Below are positions 1 through 8,353 of a stretch of DNA of 64,000 nt, one piece after another. Where the stretch lies: the NCBI GenBank assembly GCA_036297525.1, contig JAXJKV010000019.1, positions 10,715 through 74,714 of the forward strand, written 5' to 3'. The notes under the pieces are model-generated. The model had not been told where the DNA came from, made no database searches, and worked only from the letters and a program-made list of their open reading frames with translations. Origin of the DNA: Collinsella sp. (lineage in GTDB: Bacteria > Actinomycetota > Coriobacteriia > Coriobacteriales > Coriobacteriaceae). Numbering within the stretch: position 1 is the stretch's first letter; each line of letters opens with the position of its first letter. A program made the translations under genes and the position numbers.

Positions 1-1
1 C

Positions 2-703
2 TGCACGCGCGTCTACGATGACGAGGGCCGTTTTGCGCCCGAGTACGACGAGAACGATCTGCGCCGTGTCGATGCCGACCGTGTCGTCATGTCGATTGGC
101 CAGTCCATTGTGTGGGGCGACCTGCTGGCTGGCTCCAAGGTGGAGCTCGGCCGCGGCCAGGGTGCCCTTGCCGATCCCCAGACCTACCAGACCGCCGAGC
201 CAGACATCTTTGTGGGCGGCGACGTCTACACCGGCCCCAGCTTTGCCATCGACGCTATCGCCGCCGGCCACGAGGCCGCGGTGTCCATCCATCGCTTTGT
301 GCAGCCGGGCTCCACGCTCACCATCGGCCGCAATCAACGCCGCTACACCGCGCTCGACCGCGACGACGTTGTGCTCGAGAGCTACGACAACGCGAGCCGC
401 GAGGTTGCGCATGTAGACCGCGAACGCGAGAAGGCTGCGCCGTTTAGCGAGTATGTTGAGACCTTTACCGAGGAGCAGGTGCGCGCCGAGACCGCCCGCT
501 GCCTGGGCTGCGGCGCCTCGATCGTCGACCCCAACAAGTGCATCGGCTGCGGCCTGTGCACCACCAAGTGCGCGTTTGACGCCATCCATCTGTATCGCGA
601 CCGCCCCGAGTGCTCCACGATGGTCAAATACGAGCAAAAGCTTCCAAGCCTGGGCAAGTACGCGCTCAAGCGCGCCATCAAGATTAAATTCGGGAAGAAG
701 TAA
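2..703 (+). CDS. FAD-dependent oxidoreductase with C-terminal 4Fe-4S dicluster domain (5'-truncated by window edge)
   Basis: Frame open from position 2 (CTRVYDDEGRFAP...). Pyridine nucleotide-disulfide oxidoreductase motif IFVGGDVYTGP..AIDAIAAG; ferredoxin motifs RCLGC and CIGCGLCTTKC. Confidence 0.8.
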   Translation, partial: CTRVYDDEGRFAPEYDENDLRRVDADRVVMSIGQSIVWGDLLAGSKVELGRGQGALADPQTYQTAEPDIFVGGDVYTGPSFAIDAIAAGHEAAVSIHRFVQPGSTLTIGRNQRRYTALDRDDVVLESYDNASREVAHVDREREKAAPFSEYVETFTEEQVRAETARCLGCGASIVDPNKCIGCGLCTTKCAFDAIHLYRDRPECSTMVKYEQKLPSLGKYALKRAIKIKFGKK

Positions 704-897
704 GAAACGCAACAAGCAGGAGAACGGCGCAGAGAGCGGTTGGACAGCGAGCGAGTCCCAGGCGTGGCGAGGTGCCTTGAAAGAGGAGGGCATAGGGCTT
801 TTGCCCATGCCCGACGATTGAAAGGCAGATCGCCCGTCTGGGGCTCGCGCAGCGTCAAGCCGACCGCCGTTCGGTAGAACGGCGGAAGGAATTAAAA

Positions 898-1326
898 GTG
901 CACGAGCTCGGAATCGTCTATCACATCATTCGCGATGTTGAGAATGTGGCGCGCGCTCATGGCGTGCGTCGCGTTTCGAGCGTCACGCTGCTGCTGGGCG
1001 AGGTCTCGGGCGTCGTCCCCGATCTACTACTCGACGCTTGGCGCTGGGCGGCGGATAAAAAGCCTATCACGCAGGGCGCGGAGCTTATCGTGGAGCCTGT
1101 CGAGGCCGTGACGCATTGCGAGGCGTGCGGCCGCGACTACGCGACGGTCGAGCACGGCAAGACTTGCCCCCATTGCGGCAGCGGTGAAACATACCTGCTG
1201 CAGGGCCAGGAGGTCATGATCAAACAGATCGAGACCCCCGACGAGGACCCGGCAGACGCTGCTCCTGACGGCCTCTCCGACGCCCCCGACGCCGTCGACG
1301 CCGCCAACCCCCTCCACATCGCCTAA
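898..1326 (+). CDS. hypA: Hydrogenase maturation nickel metallochaperone HypA
   Basis: N-terminal MHE Ni-binding motif, LGEVSGVVP, two CxxC motifs (CEAC, CPHC). Confidence 0.92.
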   Translation: MHELGIVYHIIRDVENVARAHGVRRVSSVTLLLGEVSGVVPDLLLDAWRWAADKKPITQGAELIVEPVEAVTHCEACGRDYATVEHGKTCPHCGSGETYLLQGQEVMIKQIETPDEDPADAAPDGLSDAPDAVDAANPLHIA

Positions 1327-1388
1327 CATCTAATGTCTACATGGGCTAGAGTTCTAAACATATTTGCTTCGGTTAGTCAAGTCATGTC

Positions 1389-1560
1389 TGTTTAAACAAA
1401 ATGGTGGCACGCAGACGCATTGGGATTCACCTAAAAGCGGTCTTAACGAACGGTGCACCTTTATATGTCTTTGAAAACAATCAGCAAATCACGTTTTAGC
1501 AGGCAATGAGCTATAAGCCAGCAACGTAATCAACTTGTAACAAACTTAGACGTTTAAACA
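1389..1560. promoter_or_regulatory. Two GTTTAAAC palindromes upstream of the mannose PTS operon; candidate repressor operators
   Basis: TGTTTAAACA at 1389-1398 and CGTTTAAACA at 1551-1560 in an AT-rich intergenic region; fits the GT-N-TA-N-AC core of GntR/HutC-subfamily sites. Confidence 0.35.
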
Positions 1561-1663
1561 AATAATGCAACCTTTTGCGAATTTAGCTATAATTCCACAA
1601 TCCAAACAGGTATACTCCTTTCATGTCGTGTAGGAAATACGTAGACAAAAAGGAGGTTATGTG

Positions 1664-2653
1664 ATGGTAAGTATTGTTCTTGCTAGCCACGGGGACTTGG
1701 CAGCTGGAATCAAGCAGACGGGCTCGATGGTCTTTGGCGATCAGCCGTCTGTTGCCGTGGTCTCGCTCGAGCCGAGCATGGGCCCCGACGACTTCCGTGC
1801 CAAGGTCGAGGAAGCAGTCGCTTCCTTCGAGGACCAGGAGCAGGTGCTCTTCCTCGTTGATCTGTGGGGCGGCACGCCGTTCAACCAGATCAGCGGGCTC
1901 ATCGAGGGCCACGATTCCTGGGCTATCGTCACCGGTGTCAACCTGCCTATGCTCATCGAGGCATATTCGCAGCGCTTTGACGCAAAGAACACTGCACATG
2001 CGATCGCAAAACATCTCGTGACTGAGGCTAAGGCTGGCGTGCGCGTCAAGCCCGAGTCTCTGGAGCCCGAGGAGAAGAAGCCGGCTGCGGCCGCTGCTGC
2101 TCCTGCAGGCGCTATTCCTCCGGGAACGGTCATCGGCGACGGGCACATCAAGATTGCCCACGTCCGTATCGACACCCGTCTGCTGCATGGTCAGGTGGCC
2201 ACCACGTGGACCAAGCAGATCAACCCCAACCGCATCATCGTGGTTTCCGACGGCGTTGCTCACGACGAGCTCCGCAAGACCATGATCGAGCAGGCTGCCC
2301 CTCCGGGAGTCCATGCCAACGTCGTGCCCATCAAGAAGATGGCCGAGGTCGTCAAGGACACGCGCTTTGGTGACACCAAGGCCATGTTGCTCTTTGAGAA
2401 CCCGCAGGATCTGCTCAAGGTCATCGAGGCCGGCGTCGACATCAAGGAAGTCAACATCGGTTCCATGGCTCACTCCAAGGGCAAGGTCGTCGTCACCAAC
2501 GCCGTCGCTATGGGCGATGACGACGTCAAGACTCTCGAGGCCCTCAAGGCCAAGGGCGTCAAGTTCGAGGTCCGCAAGGTTCCTTCGGATTCCTCCGAGG
2601 ATCTCGACGCCATGTTGAAGAAAGCTAAGGCCGAACTGGCCGCTCAAGCATAG
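1664..2653 (+). CDS. manX: PTS mannose-family EIIAB
   Basis: IVLASHG (EIIA His), LVDLWGGTPFN, GVNLPML, Ala/Pro linker, RIDTRLLHGQV (EIIB His); AGGAGG RBS. Confidence 0.95.
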   Translation: MVSIVLASHGDLAAGIKQTGSMVFGDQPSVAVVSLEPSMGPDDFRAKVEEAVASFEDQEQVLFLVDLWGGTPFNQISGLIEGHDSWAIVTGVNLPMLIEAYSQRFDAKNTAHAIAKHLVTEAKAGVRVKPESLEPEEKKPAAAAAAPAGAIPPGTVIGDGHIKIAHVRIDTRLLHGQVATTWTKQINPNRIIVVSDGVAHDELRKTMIEQAAPPGVHANVVPIKKMAEVVKDTRFGDTKAMLLFENPQDLLKVIEAGVDIKEVNIGSMAHSKGKVVVTNAVAMGDDDVKTLEALKAKGVKFEVRKVPSDSSEDLDAMLKKAKAELAAQA

Positions 2654-2671
2654 TAAAGGAGGGTCCGATAC

Positions 2672-3490
2672 ATGTCTGCAATCACTATTCTGCTTGTTGC
2701 GATTGTCGCGTTGCTTGCCGGTATGGAAGGCATTCTGGATGAATTCCAGTTCCATCAGCCGCTCGTGGCATGCACGCTTATCGGTCTCGTAACCGGTCAC
2801 CTTCAGGAGGGCATCCTCCTGGGCGGTTCGCTCCAGATGATGGCCCTTGGCTGGGCTAACGTCGGCGCCGCCGTCGCGCCTGACGCCGCTCTGGCCTCGG
2901 TCGCCTCTTCGATCATCATGGTGCTCGCCCTCAACGGCGGCGCTACCGATCCGTCGAAGGCCGTTACCGCCGCTATCGCCGTCGCTGTCCCGCTGTCGGT
3001 CGCTGGTCTGTTCCTGACCATGATCTGCCGTACCCTGGCTACCGCTATCGCTCACGCCATGGACGGTTGCGCCGAGAAGGGCGACTTCGCTGGCATCGAG
3101 CGTTGGCAGTACATTGCCATCCTTATGCAGGGCCTTCGTATCGCCATCCCGGCAGTACTTCTGTGCATCATCCCGGCCGAGGCTGTTACCAACGCGCTTA
3201 ACGCTATGCCCGACTGGCTGTCCGGCGGCATGGCTGTCGGCGGCGGCATGGTCGCTTCCGTCGGTTACGCCATGGTCATCAACATGATGGCCACCAAGGA
3301 GACCTGGCCGTTCTTCATCCTCGGCTTTGTCCTTGCTGCCATCCCTCAGCTCACGCTGATCGCCCTTGGCCTCATCGGCATCTCCCTTGCCCTCATCTAC
3401 CTTGGCCTTAAGGATCTGGCCAAGCAGGGTGGCGGCATGGGCGGTGGCTCCGGTGACCCGCTCGGCGACATTCTGAACGATTACGAGTAG
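2672..3490 (+). CDS. manY: PTS mannose-family EIIC
   Basis: DEFQFHQPLVACTLIG, GAAVAPD motifs; multiple hydrophobic segments; operon position. Confidence 0.95.
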   Translation: MSAITILLVAIVALLAGMEGILDEFQFHQPLVACTLIGLVTGHLQEGILLGGSLQMMALGWANVGAAVAPDAALASVASSIIMVLALNGGATDPSKAVTAAIAVAVPLSVAGLFLTMICRTLATAIAHAMDGCAEKGDFAGIERWQYIAILMQGLRIAIPAVLLCIIPAEAVTNALNAMPDWLSGGMAVGGGMVASVGYAMVINMMATKETWPFFILGFVLAAIPQLTLIALGLIGISLALIYLGLKDLAKQGGGMGGGSGDPLGDILNDYE

Positions 3491-3506
3491 GAGGGGAGTG
3501 ATACAT

Positions 3507-4427
3507 ATGGCAGAGAACAAGATTCAGCTCACCAAGGCTGACCGCAAGAAGGTTTGCTTCCGTCATCAGTTCCTTCAGGGCTCGTGGAACTACGAGCGTA
3601 TGCAGAACGGCGGCTGGTGCTTCGCAATGATCCCTGCGATCAAGAAGCTCTACACCAGCAAGGATGACCAGATTGCCGCTCTTAAGCGCCACCTGGAGTT
3701 CTATAACACCCACCCCTATGTTTCCGCCCCCGTCATTGGCGTTACCCTCGCCCTCGAGGAGGAGCGCGCCAACGGTGCTCCGATCGACGACGTCGCCATC
3801 CAGGGCGTCAAGGTCGGTATGATGGGCCCGCTCGCCGGCGTCGGCGACCCTGCCTTCTGGTTCACCCTTCGCCCGATTCTGGGCGCTCTGGGCGCTTCCA
3901 TGGCCCTGTCCGGCAGCATCGCCGGTCCGCTGCTGTTCTTCTTCGCGTGGAACATCATCCGTTACGCCTTCCTGTGGTACACGCAGGAGTTTGGCTACAA
4001 GGTCGGCTCCTCCATCGCCAAGGACCTCTCCGGCGGTCTGATGGGCAAGGTTACCGAGGGTGCTTCCATCCTGGGTATGTTCATCATCGGCGCCCTGGTC
4101 GAGCGCTGGGTGTCCATCTCCTTCACCCCGGTCGTCTCCAAGGTCACGCAGTCTGCTGGCGCCTTTATCGACTGGGCTAGCCTGCCCTCCGGCTCCGAGG
4201 GCGTCAAGGAAGCGCTGACGATGTACAACTCCATCGGTGCTACCGCCCTTGATCAGGTTAAGGTCACCACGCTTCAGGCTAACCTCGATCAGCTCATCCC
4301 CGGCCTTGCCGCCGTGTGCCTGACCCTGCTGGTCTGCAAGCTCCTCAAGAAGAAGGTCAGCCCGATCGTCATCATCCTGGCTCTCTTCGCCGTCGGCATC
4401 ATCGGTCGCGTCTGCGGCTTCATGTAA
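3507..4427 (+). CDS. manZ: PTS mannose-family EIID
   Basis: QGSWNYERMQN, FYNTHP, GMMGPLAGVGD motifs. Confidence 0.95.
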   Translation: MAENKIQLTKADRKKVCFRHQFLQGSWNYERMQNGGWCFAMIPAIKKLYTSKDDQIAALKRHLEFYNTHPYVSAPVIGVTLALEEERANGAPIDDVAIQGVKVGMMGPLAGVGDPAFWFTLRPILGALGASMALSGSIAGPLLFFFAWNIIRYAFLWYTQEFGYKVGSSIAKDLSGGLMGKVTEGASILGMFIIGALVERWVSISFTPVVSKVTQSAGAFIDWASLPSGSEGVKEALTMYNSIGATALDQVKVTTLQANLDQLIPGLAAVCLTLLVCKLLKKKVSPIVIILALFAVGIIGRVCGFM

Positions 4428-4548
4428 GCACGCTTCGGCTTAAGACCGAGAGTTGCTAGGCAAGGGCTTTTGAGCCATTGAAACGGACCGCACCCGGTGG
4501 GTACACTGGATGCGGTCCGATTGTTTTTTATTGGAGGGCGAGGCGCGT

Positions 4549-4947
4549 ATGGCGCAATCTCAGAACAGCACGGTCGATCTGGCAACGCCGGCAACCTGCC
4601 TGATGGGGCTTACCAGTCACGGTAACGTAATGGTGGGCAATAAGGCGTTTGAGTACTATAACGAGCGCAATCCCGAGGATTATATTCAAATCCCGTGGGA
4701 CGAGGTCGACTATATTGCCGCCGAGGTTTTGCGCGGCACCAAGAAGATTACGCGTTTTGCCATCTTCACCAAGGATAGCGGCCACTTTACGTTTTCGACG
4801 CGCGACGACAAAGAGACGCTTCGTGCGGTCCGCAAGTACGTCGACGAGGATAAGCTCGTGCGTTCGCCCGACTTTATCGATGTGACGGCCAAGGGCGCCA
4901 AGAGCATCCCCTCCGTTATCAAAGGCCTCTTCCACAAAGGCAACTAG
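4549..4947 (+). CDS. DUF956 family protein (ManO-like, mannose PTS associated)
   Basis: MAQSQNSTVDL..GNVMVGNKAFEYYNERNPEDYIQIPW; typical position after manZ. Confidence 0.85.
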   Translation: MAQSQNSTVDLATPATCLMGLTSHGNVMVGNKAFEYYNERNPEDYIQIPWDEVDYIAAEVLRGTKKITRFAIFTKDSGHFTFSTRDDKETLRAVRKYVDEDKLVRSPDFIDVTAKGAKSIPSVIKGLFHKGN

Positions 4948-5011
4948 TCATTGGGGACGTTCTTAAACGACCAGTCATTAAAGAACGTCCCCAATGACTA
5001 CCCAATGACTA
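4945..5011. repeat. REP-like palindromic repeat (GGGGACGTTCTT family), copy 1
   Basis: Perfect 20-bp inverted repeat TAGTCATTGGGGACGTTCTT (4945-4964) / AAGAACGTCCCCAATGACTA (4981-5000); near-identical copy at 52746. Confidence 0.8.
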
Positions 5012-5052
5012 CCTCGTGACGATAGTGCAAATCTGCTACACTAGTGCAGCAT

Positions 5053-5128
5053 GCCTCCGTAGCTCAGGGGATAGAGCACCGCTCTCCTAAAGCGGGTGTC
5101 GTGCGTTCGAATCGCACCGGGGGCACCA
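5053..5128 (+). tRNA. tRNA-Arg(CCT)
   Basis: Cloverleaf: acceptor GCCTCCG/CGGGGGC, D-arm GCTC..GAGC, anticodon stem CCGCT/AGCGG with loop CTCCTAA, T-loop TTCGAAT, encoded CCA. Confidence 0.95.
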
Positions 5129-5137
5129 GAAGAAATT

Positions 5138-5169
5138 GCAGGTCAGACGGTATAAATCGTCTGACCTGC
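5138..5169 (+). terminator. Hairpin after tRNA-Arg (element side)
   Basis: GCAGGTCAGACG / CGTCTGACCTGC 12-bp perfect stem directly after the CCA end. Confidence 0.65.
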
Positions 5170-5200
5170 TTCTGTATAGATAGGGCTAAATAGACGATAA

Positions 5201-5299
5201 AGGGGTGAAAAAGGGGTGAAAGAAAGTTCTATGATGAAAACAGCTCGCCTACATATTTCACTCCGATATTTCACCCAAATATCCGGTTTTCAACCCTTT
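5201..5299. promoter_or_regulatory. Candidate integrase arm-type sites, left end
   Basis: AGGGGTGAAA x2 (5201, 5212) and inverted TTTCACTCC / TTTCACCC / TTTCAACCC; same motif clusters at 17192-17244. Confidence 0.6.
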
Positions 5300-5524
5300 C
5301 CACAGCCTACGGGCTGGATGTGGGGCCCTTCGGCTATGCAAAGCGTTGAAAACCTAGGTTGACGTTGCTGTGAGATGGGCGAGTTTCCAACAGTCCCCGG
5401 CGTCTCCGGGTTTCGCTCGGGACCCTGCGACGCCGTGAACCGTTGAAAACTCGCCCTTCCGATCGCGGTACTGCCCTTACCCCTTAAAATTATCCGAAAG
5501 AGACGACGACGCAGGAGGTCCGGT

Positions 5525-8353
5525 ATGCCTGCCAGCAAGAAAGAGGCAAAGGAGTTCGTAAAGCGGTGGAAGAAGCGCCTCGGCGCCATCCCCGTGGGCT
5601 CCAACAATGAGCAGCAGGACACGCAGAAGTTCTGGGTCGACCTGCTCATAAACGTCCTGGGCATCCCGTCCAACACCATAGATAGCTTCGTCGACTTTGA
5701 GCGCAAGGTGAGAGGCCGACGCATCGACGTGTTCGTCTCCGACCACAACTTCCTCTGCGAGCAGAAGTCGTGGGGCATCGACCTCGACAAGCCCGAGCCT
5801 AGGAACGGAGGCATGGAGACGCCGCTCCAGCAGGCCATGTGGTACGCGCGGCACCTGCCGTACTCCGAGCGCCCGCGCTGGGTGATGACGTGCAACTTCG
5901 GGACCTTCCGCCTTTACGACCTCGACAACGAGAGGCCCGAGGACACCGTGCAGGAGTTCTCCCTCGAAGAGCTCTCGGACAGTCTGTACCTTCTGTCCTT
6001 CCTGACTTCCAACGAGACGAGCCGCCTGCACAAGGAACAGCAGCTTTCAATCGAGGCTGGGGCTTACGTCTCCAGGCTCTATGACGCTCTCGCCAAGCAG
6101 TACCATCACATCGAGGAGAAGGACGAGCGGGCCCAGGAGGAGCAGCGCTCGCTCAACGTTCTCATCACCCGAATCATCTTCTTACTTTACGCCGAGGACG
6201 CCGATCTCCTGCAATCGCATCAGGCGTTCGGCAGGTACTGCGAGGGAGACCCCGCGAAGCTCCGTCGCAAATTGGTCGATCTGTTCGAGACCATCGATAC
6301 TCCCTTGGACCAGCGGGACGAGTACATGGACGAGGACCTTGCGGCCTTCCCCTACGTGAACGGTGGGCTGTTCGCCGACTCCTCCATCATCGTCCCGCAG
6401 ATGACCCCGGAAATCCTTGAGGCCATCACTGACGCCTCTCAGGACTTCGACTGGCGCGAGATCTCGGGCGTCATCTTCGGTGGCGTGTTCGAGGGGACTC
6501 TGAATCCCGAGACGCGCCATGCCGGGGGCATGCACTACACGAGCGTTGAGAACATCGAGCGCTGCCTGAAGCCGCTGTTCCTCGACGAGTTGTGGGACGA
6601 GCTGCACGAGGCCGAGGGTGAGAGGACGGCGGTGAAGCGCAAGCAGGCCCTGGCGAGGCTGCACGACAAGGTTGCCTCCATCACCATCGGCGACCCGGCG
6701 TGCGGCTCGGGCAACTTCCTCACCGAGGCATACCGGCAGCTGCGCACCATCGAGAACCGAATCATCGAGGACGAGCTCAGCGAGGAGACCGGCAACGCGG
6801 GACAGACGTCCCTCGTCGTTGCGCAGGACAGCCCCGTCCGCGTCTCCCTGGACCAGCTGTACGGCATCGAGATAAACGACTTCGCCGTCTCGGTTGCCAA
6901 GACCGCCCTGTGGATCACCGAGGAGCAGATGCTCCGAAAGACGCAGGAGATATACGTCGGCTATGACTTCGACTTCCTGCCGCTCAGGAGCCTTAGCAAC
7001 CTCCATGAGGGCAACGCCCTCAGGACCGATTGGTCCGAGGTGTTCCCCGACGACCTCACCTACCTCGTGGGCAACCCGCCCTTCCTTGGGGCCCGCAACC
7101 AGTCCAAGGAGCAGAAATCTGAACTGCTTGAGGTCTTCGACGGAGCGAAGAACGCGGGCAACATCGACTACTGCGGAGCCTGGTACATGAAGGCCGCGAG
7201 GTTCACGCAGGGGAAGCGCACGCGCTGCGCCCTGGTCTCGACGAACTCCATCTGCCAGGGTGAGCAGGTCGCCAACCTCTGGAAACCCCTGCATGACATG
7301 GGCATCCATATCGATTTCGCACACAACACCTTCCGCTGGGACAACGAGGCGGCGGACAAGGCACACGTGTTCTGCGTCATCGTCGGGTTCTCCCGCGAAG
7401 CGGGGAACAAGACGCTTTTCTATCATGCGACGCCCGATTCTGACGAAGACCGGATTGCCGTTCCTCGGCTCAACGCCTATCTGAAGAACGCGCCCGACGC
7501 TTTCATCTGGAACAGAAGCAAGCCTTTGTCGGACGTGCCCGCTATCGGTATCGGCTCTCAACCGATTGATGGCGGTAACTATCTGTTCACACCGGAGGAG
7601 AAGGCGGCGTTCCTTTCGAAAGAGCCCGCGGCTGAGAAGTACTTTCATAAATGGCTTGGATCGCAGGAGTTCATACGGGGTATTGAGAGATGGTGCCTGT
7701 GGTTGGGGGAGGCTTCGTGGGCCGATCTCAAGGGCCTTCCTTGTTGTAGGGAGAGAATCGAGAACGTTAGAAACTACCGTCTGAGTAGCTCGAGGAAGCA
7801 GACCTTGAAAGCAGCCGAGAGGCCGAACCATTTCGGTACTGAAATCATTCCTAATTCGACTGCCATCATTGTCCCCAAAGTCTCGTCAGAGCGTAGAAGG
7901 TATATCCCTATGGGGTTTGTCGGGTCTGAGACGTTGTGCAGTGACTTGGTGTTTCTAATACCCAATGCGACGCTCTATCACTTTGGCGTCCTTCAGTCAC
8001 AGCTCCACAACGCATGGATGCGCACGGTCGCGGGGCGGCTCAAATCCGATTACCGCTATTCCGGCGGAATCGTCTATAACAACTTCGTCTGGCCCGAGCC
8101 CAGTGAAGAGCAAAGGAACGAGGTCGAACGCTGCGCCCAGGCCGTGCTCGACGCCCGAGACGTCCAGGAGGGTGCGACACTCGCGGACATGTACGATCCC
8201 AAGAACGAGACGTTCTTCCCCGAGCTGATTGCCGCGCATAAGGCGCTCGACGCCGCCGTCGAAGTTGCCTATGGCGTCGACTTCGGTGGGGACGAGGAGA
8301 AGATCGTCGCCCATCTCTTCAACCTCTACGCCGAGAAAGTTGGTGAACTATAG
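5525..8353 (+). CDS. MmeI-family Type IIL/IIG restriction-modification enzyme (endonuclease + N6-adenine MTase + TRD)
   Basis: N-terminal RID...EQKS nuclease motif, GMHYTS, DPACGSGNFL (motif I), VGNPPFLG (motif IV), MmeI-like C-terminus WMRTVAGRLKSDYRYS...TLADMYDP...AHKALD. Confidence 0.9.
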   Translation: MPASKKEAKEFVKRWKKRLGAIPVGSNNEQQDTQKFWVDLLINVLGIPSNTIDSFVDFERKVRGRRIDVFVSDHNFLCEQKSWGIDLDKPEPRNGGMETPLQQAMWYARHLPYSERPRWVMTCNFGTFRLYDLDNERPEDTVQEFSLEELSDSLYLLSFLTSNETSRLHKEQQLSIEAGAYVSRLYDALAKQYHHIEEKDERAQEEQRSLNVLITRIIFLLYAEDADLLQSHQAFGRYCEGDPAKLRRKLVDLFETIDTPLDQRDEYMDEDLAAFPYVNGGLFADSSIIVPQMTPEILEAITDASQDFDWREISGVIFGGVFEGTLNPETRHAGGMHYTSVENIERCLKPLFLDELWDELHEAEGERTAVKRKQALARLHDKVASITIGDPACGSGNFLTEAYRQLRTIENRIIEDELSEETGNAGQTSLVVAQDSPVRVSLDQLYGIEINDFAVSVAKTALWITEEQMLRKTQEIYVGYDFDFLPLRSLSNLHEGNALRTDWSEVFPDDLTYLVGNPPFLGARNQSKEQKSELLEVFDGAKNAGNIDYCGAWYMKAARFTQGKRTRCALVSTNSICQGEQVANLWKPLHDMGIHIDFAHNTFRWDNEAADKAHVFCVIVGFSREAGNKTLFYHATPDSDEDRIAVPRLNAYLKNAPDAFIWNRSKPLSDVPAIGIGSQPIDGGNYLFTPEEKAAFLSKEPAAEKYFHKWLGSQEFIRGIERWCLWLGEASWADLKGLPCCRERIENVRNYRLSSSRKQTLKAAERPNHFGTEIIPNSTAIIVPKVSSERRRYIPMGFVGSETLCSDLVFLIPNATLYHFGVLQSQLHNAWMRTVAGRLKSDYRYSGGIVYNNFVWPEPSEEQRNEVERCAQAVLDARDVQEGATLADMYDPKNETFFPELIAAHKALDAAVEVAYGVDFGGDEEKIVAHLFNLYAEKVGEL

